DNA of 63,430 nt, filler included, from Rhabdomonas costata (lineage: Eukaryota): NCBI GenBank assembly GCA_019059605.1. It is 40 parts of 40 records of this genome, joined end to end, with 100 filler letters (N's around TTAATTAATTAA, not from the genome) between each part and the next. Parts side by side here need not be neighbours in the genome. Positions count along the whole stretch, not along the records: positions 12,712 to 14,200 come from JAHMHO010014660.1; positions 14,301 to 15,789 come from JAHMHO010014661.1; positions 15,890 to 17,375 come from JAHMHO010014662.1; positions 17,476 to 18,964 come from JAHMHO010014663.1; positions 19,065 to 20,553 come from JAHMHO010014664.1; positions 20,654 to 22,142 come from JAHMHO010014665.1; positions 22,243 to 23,731 come from JAHMHO010014666.1; positions 23,832 to 25,315 come from JAHMHO010014667.1; 32 more parts are not named here. One strand, given 5' to 3'. The translations under genes were made by a program, and so were the position numbers. Below, one piece after another: positions 13,229 through 24,610 of this stretch. The notes below the pieces were generated by a model, which saw only the letters and a program-made list of their open reading frames with translations, was not told where the DNA came from and did no database searches. Each line of letters starts with the position of its first letter. The first letter of the stretch is position 1.

Positions 13229-13805
13229 CGCCCTCTTTGTTTGCAAGCTTCTTTACTGCCTTCTCTGAACGAGCCGCGTTCACTGCCTCCGTCGCTCGCT
13301 CAAACTCATCTTCCACCTAAGCAATGAGACACCAGCACTCATCAAACAATATACCAAAGTCAGCTCAACATCGAACCAATGGTGCGTTTTTGTAGGATCG
13401 AACATATGTAATAACAACAACCAGAAGCGTGTTCAACTGGGCGGGCAAGAAGTCCCCCTTTGTTTTCTTGTTTTCGCACGCGCGTGTATGCAGAAACTCA
13501 AAAAACAATCACAAGGGCGGGATGGGGGGTGAGGGAGATATGGTGAAGAAGAACCGAAGAGCAAGCTCACTTCAAACAGATCCAACAAAAGGACCATCGT
13601 GTAAACTCCTCCATGGAAAAATGTTTGGGGTGAAGACACGGTGTTGGATGTATTAGCCGCGGTGTTGTCGTTAACACACACACACACACGTTCAGAAAAA
13701 GAGCAGGCATTCCTGCATTCGCTTCGCAAGTTCTTCATCCGCTTCGAACTGCTGCACTTGTTTAAGCGCGTCCTGCAGCTCTTTCTCCGTGTTTGGGTCA
13801 GCCAT
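13229..13805 (-). CDS. Hypothetical helical protein, first two exons (13805-13713, 13316-~13229)
   Basis: MADPNTEKELQDALKQVQQFEADEELAKRMQ / VEDEFERATEAVNAARSEKAVKKLANKEG. Pyrimidine tract plus AG 8 nt before the ATG. The donor is atypical (see findings). Confidence 0.6.
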
Positions 13806-14324
13806 GATGGTTTCTTGATAATATTTCGGTAAAGAAAGCAAAAAGCAAGAAGAGGTAAAGGAAATCTGTAATGGCAGAGCCTCTTCAAAGTGGCTGTCTC
13901 AGCGCGTAAATCTTTCTTCCAAGGCAGCGACGCAGACCCAAGAATGACCCATGAGATGTAAAGTGTCTGTCTCGCGAAAAATTCCATCTTGACTTCCAAT
14001 TTAGAAATGCGCGCAGAACGGACATGGTGAGAAAAGAAAAGGCCCAAACGATCCGCAAAGGAGAAAGGAGCTTTGGGGTTCATAAGCCTTGCAGCACTGG
14101 TCACAACAATTCAACAACTGGAAATTTATTCTTTGTGTTCACTTTCTAATGCATTCCTTCTGGTTCGATGTAAGCTTGTTTGGGCATTCCCGTTTAGTGC
14201 NNNNNNNNNNNNNNNNNNNNNNNNNNNNNNNNNNNNNNNNNNNNTTAATTAATTAANNNNNNNNNNNNNNNNNNNNNNNNNNNNNNNNNNNNNNNNNNNN
14301 GGGGGAGGGGGTTGGGATTATCAG

Positions 14325-15789
14325 GCGCTCAGTCTGGACTTCCAAGTCCGCGACTCACCTCAGTACAATCTGCTCAAGGTGTTTCCGCCCATATTTTTTG
14401 ACTTTTCTTTGGAAGAAGGTTAGGAGGCCAGCTCTCTCGGAGTCGAGCACTACAACAGACGTCAACGTCAATGTCGTCTGCGTAGGGCCTCTTCTGTGGT
14501 TTCCACCGCCTATTTGATGCGGGGCTATGTGCGTTGTCGCTTTTTGTCCCCAAGGCGTGGTGTTTATCTTCGGTCGCCTCTCAGTTGCGTCTCTTTTGTT
14601 GTCTGCTCGTTACTCTCCAGAGGGGATTGCATTCATTCCCGTTCTATTTTTCCTGTAAGGCCCGTGTGTACGGGGCCACTGGGGAGTACGACGAGGCCCT
14701 GATTGTGCTGGAGCACGCCCTGCAGCTCGCGAAGGCTTCCCGAGGCGGAGCTGGTCGTTCTATACTGTGTTCCGTCTTTCTTGTCTGCAAGACTTGTGCT
14801 TCCGTGCGGCATTCTTCGGGATGAGTTGCCATGCTTCGTTCTTGTGCTTATCACAGTTTTATGTAGTATGTATTTTTTTTGTGTTTGGGATGCTCGGCGG
14901 AGTGTGGCTGCGCGAATGTGCCTCTGCGCATGAGTCTTGTATGTGCGTCTGTGTATGCGCCATCTGCGTCATCCCAGAGTGCTTACTCTGTGCGGTTGAA
15001 TGGACGGATCTGGATTGGACTGCTTTTGAAATGTTCCTTCCCTACTACTTGCTGTGCATCTACTTTTTGGAACCCACCGACTTCGTATGCAGATTCGGCG
15101 GGAAAACGTGCGGTGGCTCCACTGAACCAGCAGGACCATGTCTCCATTTACCTGGAGCTCTCACAGACCCACCTGAGGCTCAAGAATACGGTGTGGGCCG
15201 TCGCTTTGGCTGGGACTCGCAGCTCCAATGGGAGTGTTGTCTATGTATTGGTACCGTGTCCGTTTTTTGTGGTTTATGTGCGACGTGGGCATTTTCAGCT
15301 CAAATGCAGTGTTTCGTTTTCACGCTGGGTGGATTCGGGAACAGCGGTGATGCGATGATTGACTTTCCTCTCCGTTCTGCACCCCCCCCCCTGTTCAGTC
15401 GGCTGCGCAGAAGGTGATTCAGGAGGCCCTGGGGGAGTTTCGGAAGACGAAGGAGGAGGGCCGGATCATGATCGCCAACGCGATGATCACCGCGAAAAAG
15501 GACGTCGACCAGGCCTTGGGAATCCTGCGGGCCATCCCGGCAACTTCTCAGTGCGTGCTCATGTTAGGAAGAAGTGCAATAACAACATGATGTGGTCTGG
15601 TAACAGGGCACCAGGATGGGCGAAATTTCTCTCCAAACTTTTACCGTACTTTAGGTGTCACTGGATTCTGGTACAGATCGTATGGCGTTGACAGTGTGAC
15701 AGCTGTGGCAGCAAGTGGCGACGGACCGGCGGGACCCTGCGCTCTGCTGTGTGCAGATACTTTCTGAAGGCCCGAGCGCAGATGGCAAA
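14325..15789 (+). CDS. TTC21B: Intraflagellar transport TPR protein IFT139/TTC21, partial; exons 14325-14378, 14660-14753, 15093-15190, 15399-15550, 15757-15789
   Basis: ALSLDFQVRDSPQYNLLKAR, SIYLELSQTH, IQEALGEFRKTKEEGRIMIANA, DVDQALGILRAIP, YFLKARAQMA; all junctions GT-AG and in phase. Confidence 0.9.
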
Positions 15790-16326
15790 NNNNNNNNNNN
15801 NNNNNNNNNNNNNNNNNNNNNNNNNNNNNNNNNTTAATTAATTAANNNNNNNNNNNNNNNNNNNNNNNNNNNNNNNNNNNNNNNNNNNNGTTTTGTGTGC
15901 AAATACCTTGAAAAGGTACATGTGCTAAACGCGTTCACAGTCACATCCTCGGGCGCGTTCACAGTTACATCCTCGGGCCACGGGGTGCCCGGAAGCTCGC
16001 TCTCCCTGGCTCCTTTTGCACAGGGGCGCAATGCAATTAATTACCCGATGCTCCGTTTCCGCTCACTTCAGTGCTACGATATGGACCGTCTATCTGCTGT
16101 CTCGGTCATTGGGATTCCATTACCTTCTTTGGGCACATGTCTGCCGCAGAGTAGCCCAATTCGATTATACAAGGTGATCTCGAAGTCAAACTTCAGACCA
16201 AACAACAATGCGTAACGCGGTGATCACACCAAAATTGAAGGTCAGCAATAAACTCCCATGATGTACGGTGTTTGCGTGAGGGAGAGGTCGATGGAATCCT
16301 CTGTGACAGCGCACACACATGAACCT

Positions 16327-16881
16327 GCAGCAACAGCGAGGACTCGGGTACCGTGTACTGCGGGCTGAACAGGAAGGGTGGATAGCTCAGCTCAGGGCAT
16401 TCGAAGTACGAGGCCTCGCTCTCGAAGACGGCGCAGTACAGGGAGGCTGACGGGGTCTTCTCCATTCTCCTCCATTCATTTTGAGTATTTCGTTTTGTGT
16501 GTGAGGGCGTGTGAGGGGAGTGAGTGCCAACATACAAATAAACCTGAGACTTTCCGTGGCGTATGAAGGAGAAAAACCTGTGAGAAGAATACGTGCGAAT
16601 AACTGCAGCTGCAGACTGCAACCTGCAACCTCTTGCAGCATGCACAGCATGGAGAATCGAAAAATATATCATATATCACTCCCTTGCCTGCCACTTTCCG
16701 TCTATCACAGCTGCAGCCAGAACCTGTGAGGGGCGAAGTACGCGGAGAAGTCCAGACGCACACGGGTGACCCAGTGGCGGGCCAGAATGCTCTGCAGCTG
16801 GGGGCCCGTGCACACCGCGAGCTCGGCAGACAGCGACGGGGGGGAGCGTCCCACCCGAAGCTCAGCATTTGCCGCGGCAAT
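16327..16881 (-). CDS. Hypothetical protein, two probable exons (~16881-16742, ~16467-16327)
   Basis: GC3-rich open segments IAAANAELRVG...VRLDFS and MEKTPSASLYCAVFESEASYFECPEL...SLLLQ, each ending in a GT donor. The second acceptor is unclear. Confidence 0.45.
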
Positions 16882-18426
16882 CTAGGAACACAAACGCCCA
16901 GGGAAACCACGGTAGGGGGGCATTCCGGCATATGTGATCACATTGCAAAAGCCGCGGTTTGTGAAAAATCCCTGAGTTTTGCTGTTTGTTGATGGGACAT
17001 CGACAAATTTGAGCAATACCACCACCGCACGTGTAGGCGCACCGACATAGGTGCAGCTACGATACTCTCACAGTGCCCTTTCCATTAAATTAAGCCGAAG
17101 CTTCTGTGTGCTCGCGACACAAGAAAAGAAACAAGGGCATGGAACGATGGCAAGTATTTTAGAGTCAGGTTTCCTTTTTCTCCGACAGCTTTCACACCAC
17201 AAGGAAGCAGGAACAACAGCGAAGCTTGTCAGCGTCACTTAGCAACTTGGCACAGAGGTTGAAGAGGAGGCAGGAGAGAGAGGGAGGGAGAGGCCTCTTC
17301 CAGAATGTAACCCTGAGTGATCACCCGGTGGCGGACCAGCTCCAAAGCCAGCCCACACAGCCGGCGCTTACCAACNNNNNNNNNNNNNNNNNNNNNNNNN
17401 NNNNNNNNNNNNNNNNNNNTTAATTAATTAANNNNNNNNNNNNNNNNNNNNNNNNNNNNNNNNNNNNNNNNNNNNTGTGTTGAGTGTATTTGGTGTGTGA
17501 GTTTACTCAATGGTGTTGTTTTTCCGAAGGGGGTTGGGTATAATGTTCCACTGTCCCCCATGTGTGGTTCCACCTTCCCTCCCCCGATACGAATACAACA
17601 GCCCCGACAAGTGAGCCTTCATTCCACATTGCACACCACCTGGCGGGTTCCAACATCTCACGGTTTTTGAAAGAATGCTCACTGTATGCTGAAGTTTGGT
17701 CATATGAAACCAATACCCGAACAGCACAGCTTTGTTATACACTGATGAGGAGGGCAAAACGCAGAAGAGCACAAGCCAAGCAGGACCGTCAATCTTCTCC
17801 AGGACAGTGGGCATCTTGCGCAAAGAGAACACCGAGATGGGAGGGTGGCAGCGAGAGAGGCACCCGCAGCAGAAAGGAATAAAAAGAGAAAAACTGCCGA
17901 GTGATCGGCCAAAGGTAGAGTCCAAAATCAGCGTATCATGCGATGGCATAATGGCTCAATAAGCCAAAGGAGACGACGATTTCAAAAAAAAAAACTGTCA
18001 ACGTTACCGCTCCTTGCCTCAGAAACAAAAGAGTTTCAGGCATTCAGGAGAGAATGTTCACCATTTTGACCCGGTCTATTTTTGCATAGCAAGATTCTCG
18101 AATGAGTCTCATTAACCCACACCTCCGCGGCACACGTTCCAGCAGAGTACACCCAATGAAGGAAACACTGCCATCAGGAAGGTCTCGCAGTCTCCGATTC
18201 TGCTGACAAGCCTGAAGTGGGATCCATTCCGTCTGATTGAACGGGTTCTGACAATTTACAATAAGAGCAGATTCGGCAAACATGGTTCTCGTGTGCACAA
18301 CAAACAATGACGAATCCAACCCATGAAAACTTCACCAGAGAACGTCTGGAGAAATTACTCTCAAATGAATGATCTAAAATTACAACGCGATGGGGCACAC
18401 TCTATCATGTCACAATGCCGGTATGC

Positions 18427-18936
18427 TCAACACGGCGATAGCAAAAGAGCCACTCCGCGCTGCACCCAGAACGACGGCGGCCTTGTGGTAGCGAGCTCCA
18501 CTTCAAGGATAACGCTGCCACAGCCCCTCTTACACGCGCCATAAACGGGGCAGCGGTATCCCTCGGTCCCAGGCCTGCTCTCCGCATCGATGGGCGACAG
18601 CCTGATCGCCGGAAAGGGTTGCGCTTGAAAAGCGTTCTCGCTGGCCACAATCTCTGTGAGCTGCTTTGAGTCGAGGTCCCAAAGGGCACCCTCCAAGTGC
18701 AGGCCACAGATCAGCACCCCGTTTCCAGGAAAAGGCAAGGGCATTGCGGGAACGTCCTGCCCAGGTTTCTGAGGCGACGGGAGGGAGTATAGAGAGGTGA
18801 CATCGGCAGACCACTCAAGGGATTCGACTGACACTTCGGTGGCTCGGGCGCAGCACAACAGCATCGCGTCCAGGGCTGCCCGAGGCGAAAAAAAAGCCGA
18901 AAGCCAGACTCCAACCACAGGAAATTCACCACACAA
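18427..18936 (-). CDS. Dynein heavy chain, C-terminal domain (final exon)
   Basis: WLSAFFSPRA, GVLICGLHLEGALWD, YRCPVY, FWVQRGVALLL then stop are hallmark dynein heavy chain C-terminal motifs. Confidence 0.92.
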   Translation of the reverse strand: MCGEFPVVGVWLSAFFSPRAALDAMLLCCARATEVSVESLEWSADVTSLYSLPSPQKPGQDVPAMPLPFPGNGVLICGLHLEGALWDLDSKQLTEIVASENAFQAQPFPAIRLSPIDAESRPGTEGYRCPVYGACKRGCGSVILEVELATTRPPSFWVQRGVALLLSPC

Positions 18937-20209
18937 GGCTCACTCCCGAAAGTACCCCACAACCNNNNNNNNNNNNNNNNNNNNNNNNNNNNNNNNNNNN
19001 NNNNNNNNTTAATTAATTAANNNNNNNNNNNNNNNNNNNNNNNNNNNNNNNNNNNNNNNNNNNNTTTTGTGTTTTAGTGTGTACTGTGGTTGTGACACTG
19101 TCTGCTCCACGCGGCGCGTGTCTAGAAGCCACTGAGATTGCGGCCGTTTCTCTGACTTGCCTCCAATGAAAGAGTATACCTTCTTTTATCTGATCCTCTT
19201 TCTTTGGCAGTTTGGAGACTTCGCCGTGGTTGTGAATCATTTCCAGGGAGGTTTGGGATTCAGGGCAACTCCCGGTTGTCTGCACATCTTTCCCGCACGC
19301 AAAAAAGTGAGAAATGGAAAGGGAATAATGAGGATTAGACAAGAAGTGCCGAGTCGCAGTTGGCACGTGGTCGCTTCAATCCGAAAAGGAAGGGGTGGTC
19401 ATTTTGGAGAGGGGCGGAGATTGGGCGATGAGCGGGAAGAGGTAGGTTTTCGACCTTCCAAGCAGGAGGTGTGGCAGGTCGAAGTTTGAAGAAGAATTTT
19501 CGAACGAAAAAAGGCAGGTCCAACTGAAAAGTTTCAGTGCGCAAAGGACTGTACGATTGTGGTCCCTACAAAGCAAATTACAATGAACATATTCAACCAA
19601 GTTGCAGTGGGGGAAGACATGAGAAGAGAATTGTGGAACTGGTAAAAAAAATTGGGTCCAAGAGCTGAAAAGAGAACTGTTGGTGGTAAGTGTGTAATGG
19701 TGATAGGGAGGGGGATAACTGTCAAACTCGATGATGAGGACTGTGAGCAAGTCGCCGAACTGCTACCATGCTTCAGCATCATGTTTGCACTGGTGATTAC
19801 GAGGAACATCAACTGCGGAAGGTCGCCGGAATAGGATCCCTTCCTGCCTCCTTTGAGGAAACAAAAGCAGATGGAGGGAGGGATTGAAGGACAAGCTCTT
19901 CTTCTCTGCAGGGTGCCTTTCTTTGCCAGCGTCGTGGATGTGCTTTTTTGTCCCGTGCTTTTTCGTTTGACTTATTTCAATCGCCCCAGCCGTTGGGGCT
20001 GACCTTGTGATTTTGTGTGTAAGCATGCGCTTGCGAGGCTTACCTTTCGTTTGAGATTATCTCGCCTCCCTCCCTGCCCCCATCTCTCGCTGACGTGTTT
20101 TTGCTTTGTCTTTTTGCATTGCTATCCTTTCGTTATGGCTTCTGCCTCTCAGAGGCCGCTGATAGCGCAGGACTTCTCACCTGTCGCTCTGTAAAAAACG
20201 AGTGAAAAT

Positions 20210-20534
20210 ATGGCTCACCTCTCCGACGAGAGCAGCCCGCCTGACCTGCGGATCATCCACTTCGCTGACTCCCACCGCATCATCAGCAACGCCAGAAAGG
20301 AGCCTGCTGGGGGAATCAGCCGCCTGGCCACCGTGGTGGCCCACAAAAGGGCCGACTATGGGGAGCAACTGCTGGTACTATTCTCCGGGGACACCTTCAG
20401 CCCCAGCCTGCTGAGCACTTTGATGCGAGGCCAGCAGGTGATACCAGTGTTTCAGGCCCTTCGGGTGGATGCGGGGATGTTTGGGAACCACGACTTCGAC
20501 TTTGGGGTGGATGAGCTCAGGCAGCTTGCCGATG
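20210..20534 (+). CDS. 5'-nucleotidase-family calcineurin-like metallophosphoesterase, first exon
   Basis: IIHFADSH, GGISRLAT, LFSGDTFSPSLLSTLMRG and GNHDFDFG motifs. Confidence 0.9.
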
Positions 20535-20771
20535 GCTGAGCTCACCCCCACCCNNNNNNNNNNNNNNNNNNNNNNNNNNNNNNNNNNNNNNNNNNNNTTA
20601 ATTAATTAANNNNNNNNNNNNNNNNNNNNNNNNNNNNNNNNNNNNNNNNNNNNTTCCTATGTCTCAACTCTTCTCACCTTGCCCTCCGCCTCTACCCACT
20701 GTTCTCAGCACACCCAAGCCCTTAATTTCTCGCCCCCTTTCCTCATCTTTGGAAGACCCCCCCCCGGGCAC

Positions 20772-21984
20772 CTCCAGTGCTTGCTTCCGAACTTCCTCTG
20801 CCGAGGTGCTGGCCTTCATGAGCAGGGCCATAGCCTGGGCGTTGCCCCACACCGCCCGGAACGCCGAGGAGGCACGACACAGCTCAATCATCACCGACAG
20901 CGCCAGGGTGACCATCTCTGTGGTCTCCATGTGGGCCTCCAGGAAGCCCCTCAGGAAGGCGGCCGTGGAGCCCGAGGCCAGCACGGCGCCGATCTCTGGG
21001 TAGGTGCTCAAGGAAGGCCCCACCGCGGAGCTGACGTGCTGCACGATGTACAGCCCACTCACAGAGAAGCTACCATAGCTGGGGTTCTGCAGCAGCTCCT
21101 AAAGAGAGAAGGTGAACAAACAACCGTACAAACCGTACAAAACCCACAGCGATGCAGCACCTTCAGAGGTCGTGAGGACCACGGCGGACGAGAGCAAAAC
21201 AAAAGTGGTGGGAAAGTAGTGTATGGAAAGGACTTGACAAAGTAAGTTGAAAGGGACGGGGGAAGACAGTTATCAAGAATTCTCGCATCTTGGGAAGGGG
21301 TGAGGTTGAGAACATTGGGTTAGGAAAGAAGAAGAGGAACTGCAGATATCGGATCCAGCATGGATGCACGTCCACCTGTACATGATGCAGGTGTACATGA
21401 TGCGCACAATGATGCAGTCGCCGTTGGTACGTTGGTGGGCGAGTGAGTGAATGGAGCTACAAAAAAGGCGAAAAAAAAAGAGGATCCAGGTGACAATAAA
21501 AAAAAGAGCACACACGCACTATCAGTGGGCTCAGCTCACAAAAACAGAGTGAGGCCGGTGTAACGCTGGGTGTATAATGGGTGTACAATGGGTGTAACGC
21601 TGGCACCTGCTGCAAATTTGACAGGCTTGGGGCAGAGAAAATCTCCACGGCCACTCCCATTGAGAGTCCTGCCGTGGGCCAAGAAGGGTTCCCCAGGAGG
21701 GCGTGGAGGCCCTCCACACTGTCCCGCAGCGAGGCAACCGCAGAGAACGCCTCAGGGCCTGCACCCCGTGGCAGGCGAGCCGCAGTTGCCTCGGCGTGCT
21801 GCAGGTCCAGCAGAACTTCCTGCAGCAGGCGGAGGTCTGTGGTGGAAGGCATGGTCCGGGGAATTGGAGGCCGCAGGGCGACGAACAGCAGCCGCGCCAG
21901 AAGGTTGTGGAGCCCAGGCTCGGACAGCAGGACGTAGTTGCGCAGCACCACTAGGACATGATTGAGGCCTTTGGTCAACACAGC
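20772..21984 (-). CDS. Hypothetical Leu/Ala-rich alpha-helical (ARM/HEAT-like) protein; exons 21984-21607, 21098-20772
   Basis: Two long GC3-rich exons joined by a phase-0 GT-AG intron; family not recognised. Confidence 0.7.
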
Positions 21985-24164
21985 CTGAGCAAGTACAAAA
22001 CATCGAGGCACCCTCGCGGAAAGACATCAGGGCGTGCATTACAAGAGTCCCTGGCGTTGACCCAGAGCTTGTGGTCTTCAGGCACTGGTAAGAAATTGGA
22101 TGATATATTTAATGATCGACTTGGTGTGGGACACACAAACCCNNNNNNNNNNNNNNNNNNNNNNNNNNNNNNNNNNNNNNNNNNNNTTAATTAATTAANN
22201 NNNNNNNNNNNNNNNNNNNNNNNNNNNNNNNNNNNNNNNNNNTTGTGGGGGTAAAGGGTGCACAATATGTGTTCTTCGTAATTTCAGCTAGGAATCGCAG
22301 GGATTCCTTATCTTGTGATCTAATGGGTTTTTTTACAATTATTTCTTTTTCACTTTCTTTTCAGAAAATGTGAAAATAGATGCGTAAATGTATAAATAGA
22401 TGGCTTACCTTCACTTTTGGACCTACCTTAGATATCTTGCAGGGGGGGGGGGATAAATGCACTTATGCCAGTCGAGAAGAAGTTTCGGTAAGCAAGAGAT
22501 AGAGTTAATGTTGTGAAGTGCTGATTTTGAATAACAATAACACTCAGATATTCATTCAGATAGGTTTTGTATACATTCAATAGGCCAGCTGTTTTTCTGT
22601 TATTCTGGGAGTAATAGCGGGTTTCGTTATCCAAAGAAACGTCTCAACGGCGATATTTCCTTCTGCAGGAAATGGGCTCGCCGGGATGAAGGTATGGGTA
22701 TATTGCTAAGGGCATGATCAAGTCATTTGAAGGAAAAGAAATGCATTCGGAAAATGCAACTACATCTTCAGCACTGGTCCGTTGTCGCAGAAGAGATCGT
22801 TTTAAATGCAGTCTGCTGCTGGCAAAAAAAAATGCGTGAGAGCCCAACACCCGTAATTTATGGAGCTGAGGGCGGATTGGGTCTCTGGAAACAATCATTC
22901 AACAACAACCAACAACAAGCTCACCATAGTCCAGTTTTCCTCTCACCACACAACCTGCACCACAGCAACAGTGCTATAGTCCTTGAGAATAAAGGGGATG
23001 AGGCAGGATGGGGGGGGGGGTGCGCAACTCTTGCATGCGCACGCGTGAAGGAGTTCCCCGATCTGCACAAGGCCCTTGCCACACAACGCTGTTTGTGGGA
23101 GAATCTGGAGTGCAATGTGCTTCGAGATCGGATGAAGCCTGTTTACCGTTACTACTTACCGTTATTTACCGTTATAATGATCGTGACCAGCCATGTCACG
23201 ATGGCTAATCAAGACATAGCGTGAAGAAACCCGAGCAAGTAAATAAGTGCCACGCAAATACTTATGACAGGACTTCTCTGGGGTTCGAATCCTGGAATAA
23301 CAATACCACACACAAATCCGATCGATTGAAGTTAGGCCAGCACCGATGGGCGGGGATGGTGGTGGCAGTTTGAGGTTGACGAGAGCGCCGCTGCTGTTCA
23401 TTCATTGCTTTGGAGGGCAATGCAGACAGGATGGATACTTCTGACGGATCTTGAAGAACAAGCTTTGCTGTGGCTTGCTGTTTGATGCGGTTCTCATCAA
23501 ACTTGAGGTTTATATTCGCGCTCCATCCTCCCGGATGAAGGCACTCTGTCGTGTGTTTGTCTGTTTTGTGGACCCAGGAGTCCCACGAAAGAGATCCACA
23601 CACACACACAAACACCAACTCTCACCGTCAGTCTTCAGTTTAACTTCAAGCACTACCTACGAGTGGGGACTGAAAACGGAGCCTGATCGGGCCATGACAG
23701 CCCAATGCGTCCGCCAAAAGCAACCCCAACCNNNNNNNNNNNNNNNNNNNNNNNNNNNNNNNNNNNNNNNNNNNNTTAATTAATTAANNNNNNNNNNNNN
23801 NNNNNNNNNNNNNNNNNNNNNNNNNNNNNNNGGGGTTTTGGCGCTTTTTGGGAGCCTTTAATAATGCTTTGCATGGTGCTCTCGAGGGACCAAGAAACCT
23901 GCCCTTTGAATTCCGGTTGTAGTTTGATGTTGTCCGTTCCATTTTGCAGGAGCTTGATGGACCGTGAAGCGGGCAAATTCACCCCTGTCACTTCGCGACG
24001 AAGGATAGAAGAGCTCATCTATATATACACAATGCGCAAGGTTGGGAAAAGGCTGCTTGAAGCGTGCTTGAAGGATTCGTTATTCCCACCTTCCTTGGAC
24101 AGTGCTTTCACTTTCGAAGCGATCGAAGCGATGGGGGCTGCGTTTTTCTTGCTGCTGATGTAAG

Positions 24165-24610
24165 CGGGGTCTCTTTCCCGCACACTGGGAACAATTGTAC
24201 TTTTAGGGTGGGGGCGTTAAACGCTCAGGTCAAAACGCAAGGGCAATGAGCAGTTCCCAGGAGACGGCAATACAAAAAGGATTCAATTTTTTCTTGGCAC
24301 GGAGGCCAGTGCCGCGGCGCGGCCAGAGCGGCTGGGTCGTTCGAAGGGGTGGGCGATGCCCCCCTTTAGCACCGCTGAGCGGTGCTAAACGTCCGAATCA
24401 GACACATTGTTTGGGCTGGTATTATTAGGGCACAGGTGTTTGGTAAAATCTGTCAAGTACCTCTAAATGCATTATAAATTACATCATACTCACATCATAC
24501 TTACATCATAAAATACATCATATTGTCCGGCATGAGGAAATTTATGATCGTGTAGTGCGAATCGTTTAACGCCCCCCCCCCCGCCAAGAAAAACAGTGGA
24601 AGAGGTCCCA
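24165..24610. mobile_element. MITE-like non-autonomous element; a second, diverged copy lies at ~25-650
   Basis: Inverted repeats GGGGGCGTTAAACG (24210-24223) and CGTTTAACGCCCCC (24563-24576); internal perfect palindrome 24365-24389; colinear similarity to contig 1. Confidence 0.65.

Noticed and set aside
23275..23296. GGTTCGAATCC (tRNA T-loop/B-box)
   Set aside because: The T-stem pairs poorly and there is no acceptor, D or anticodon arm.
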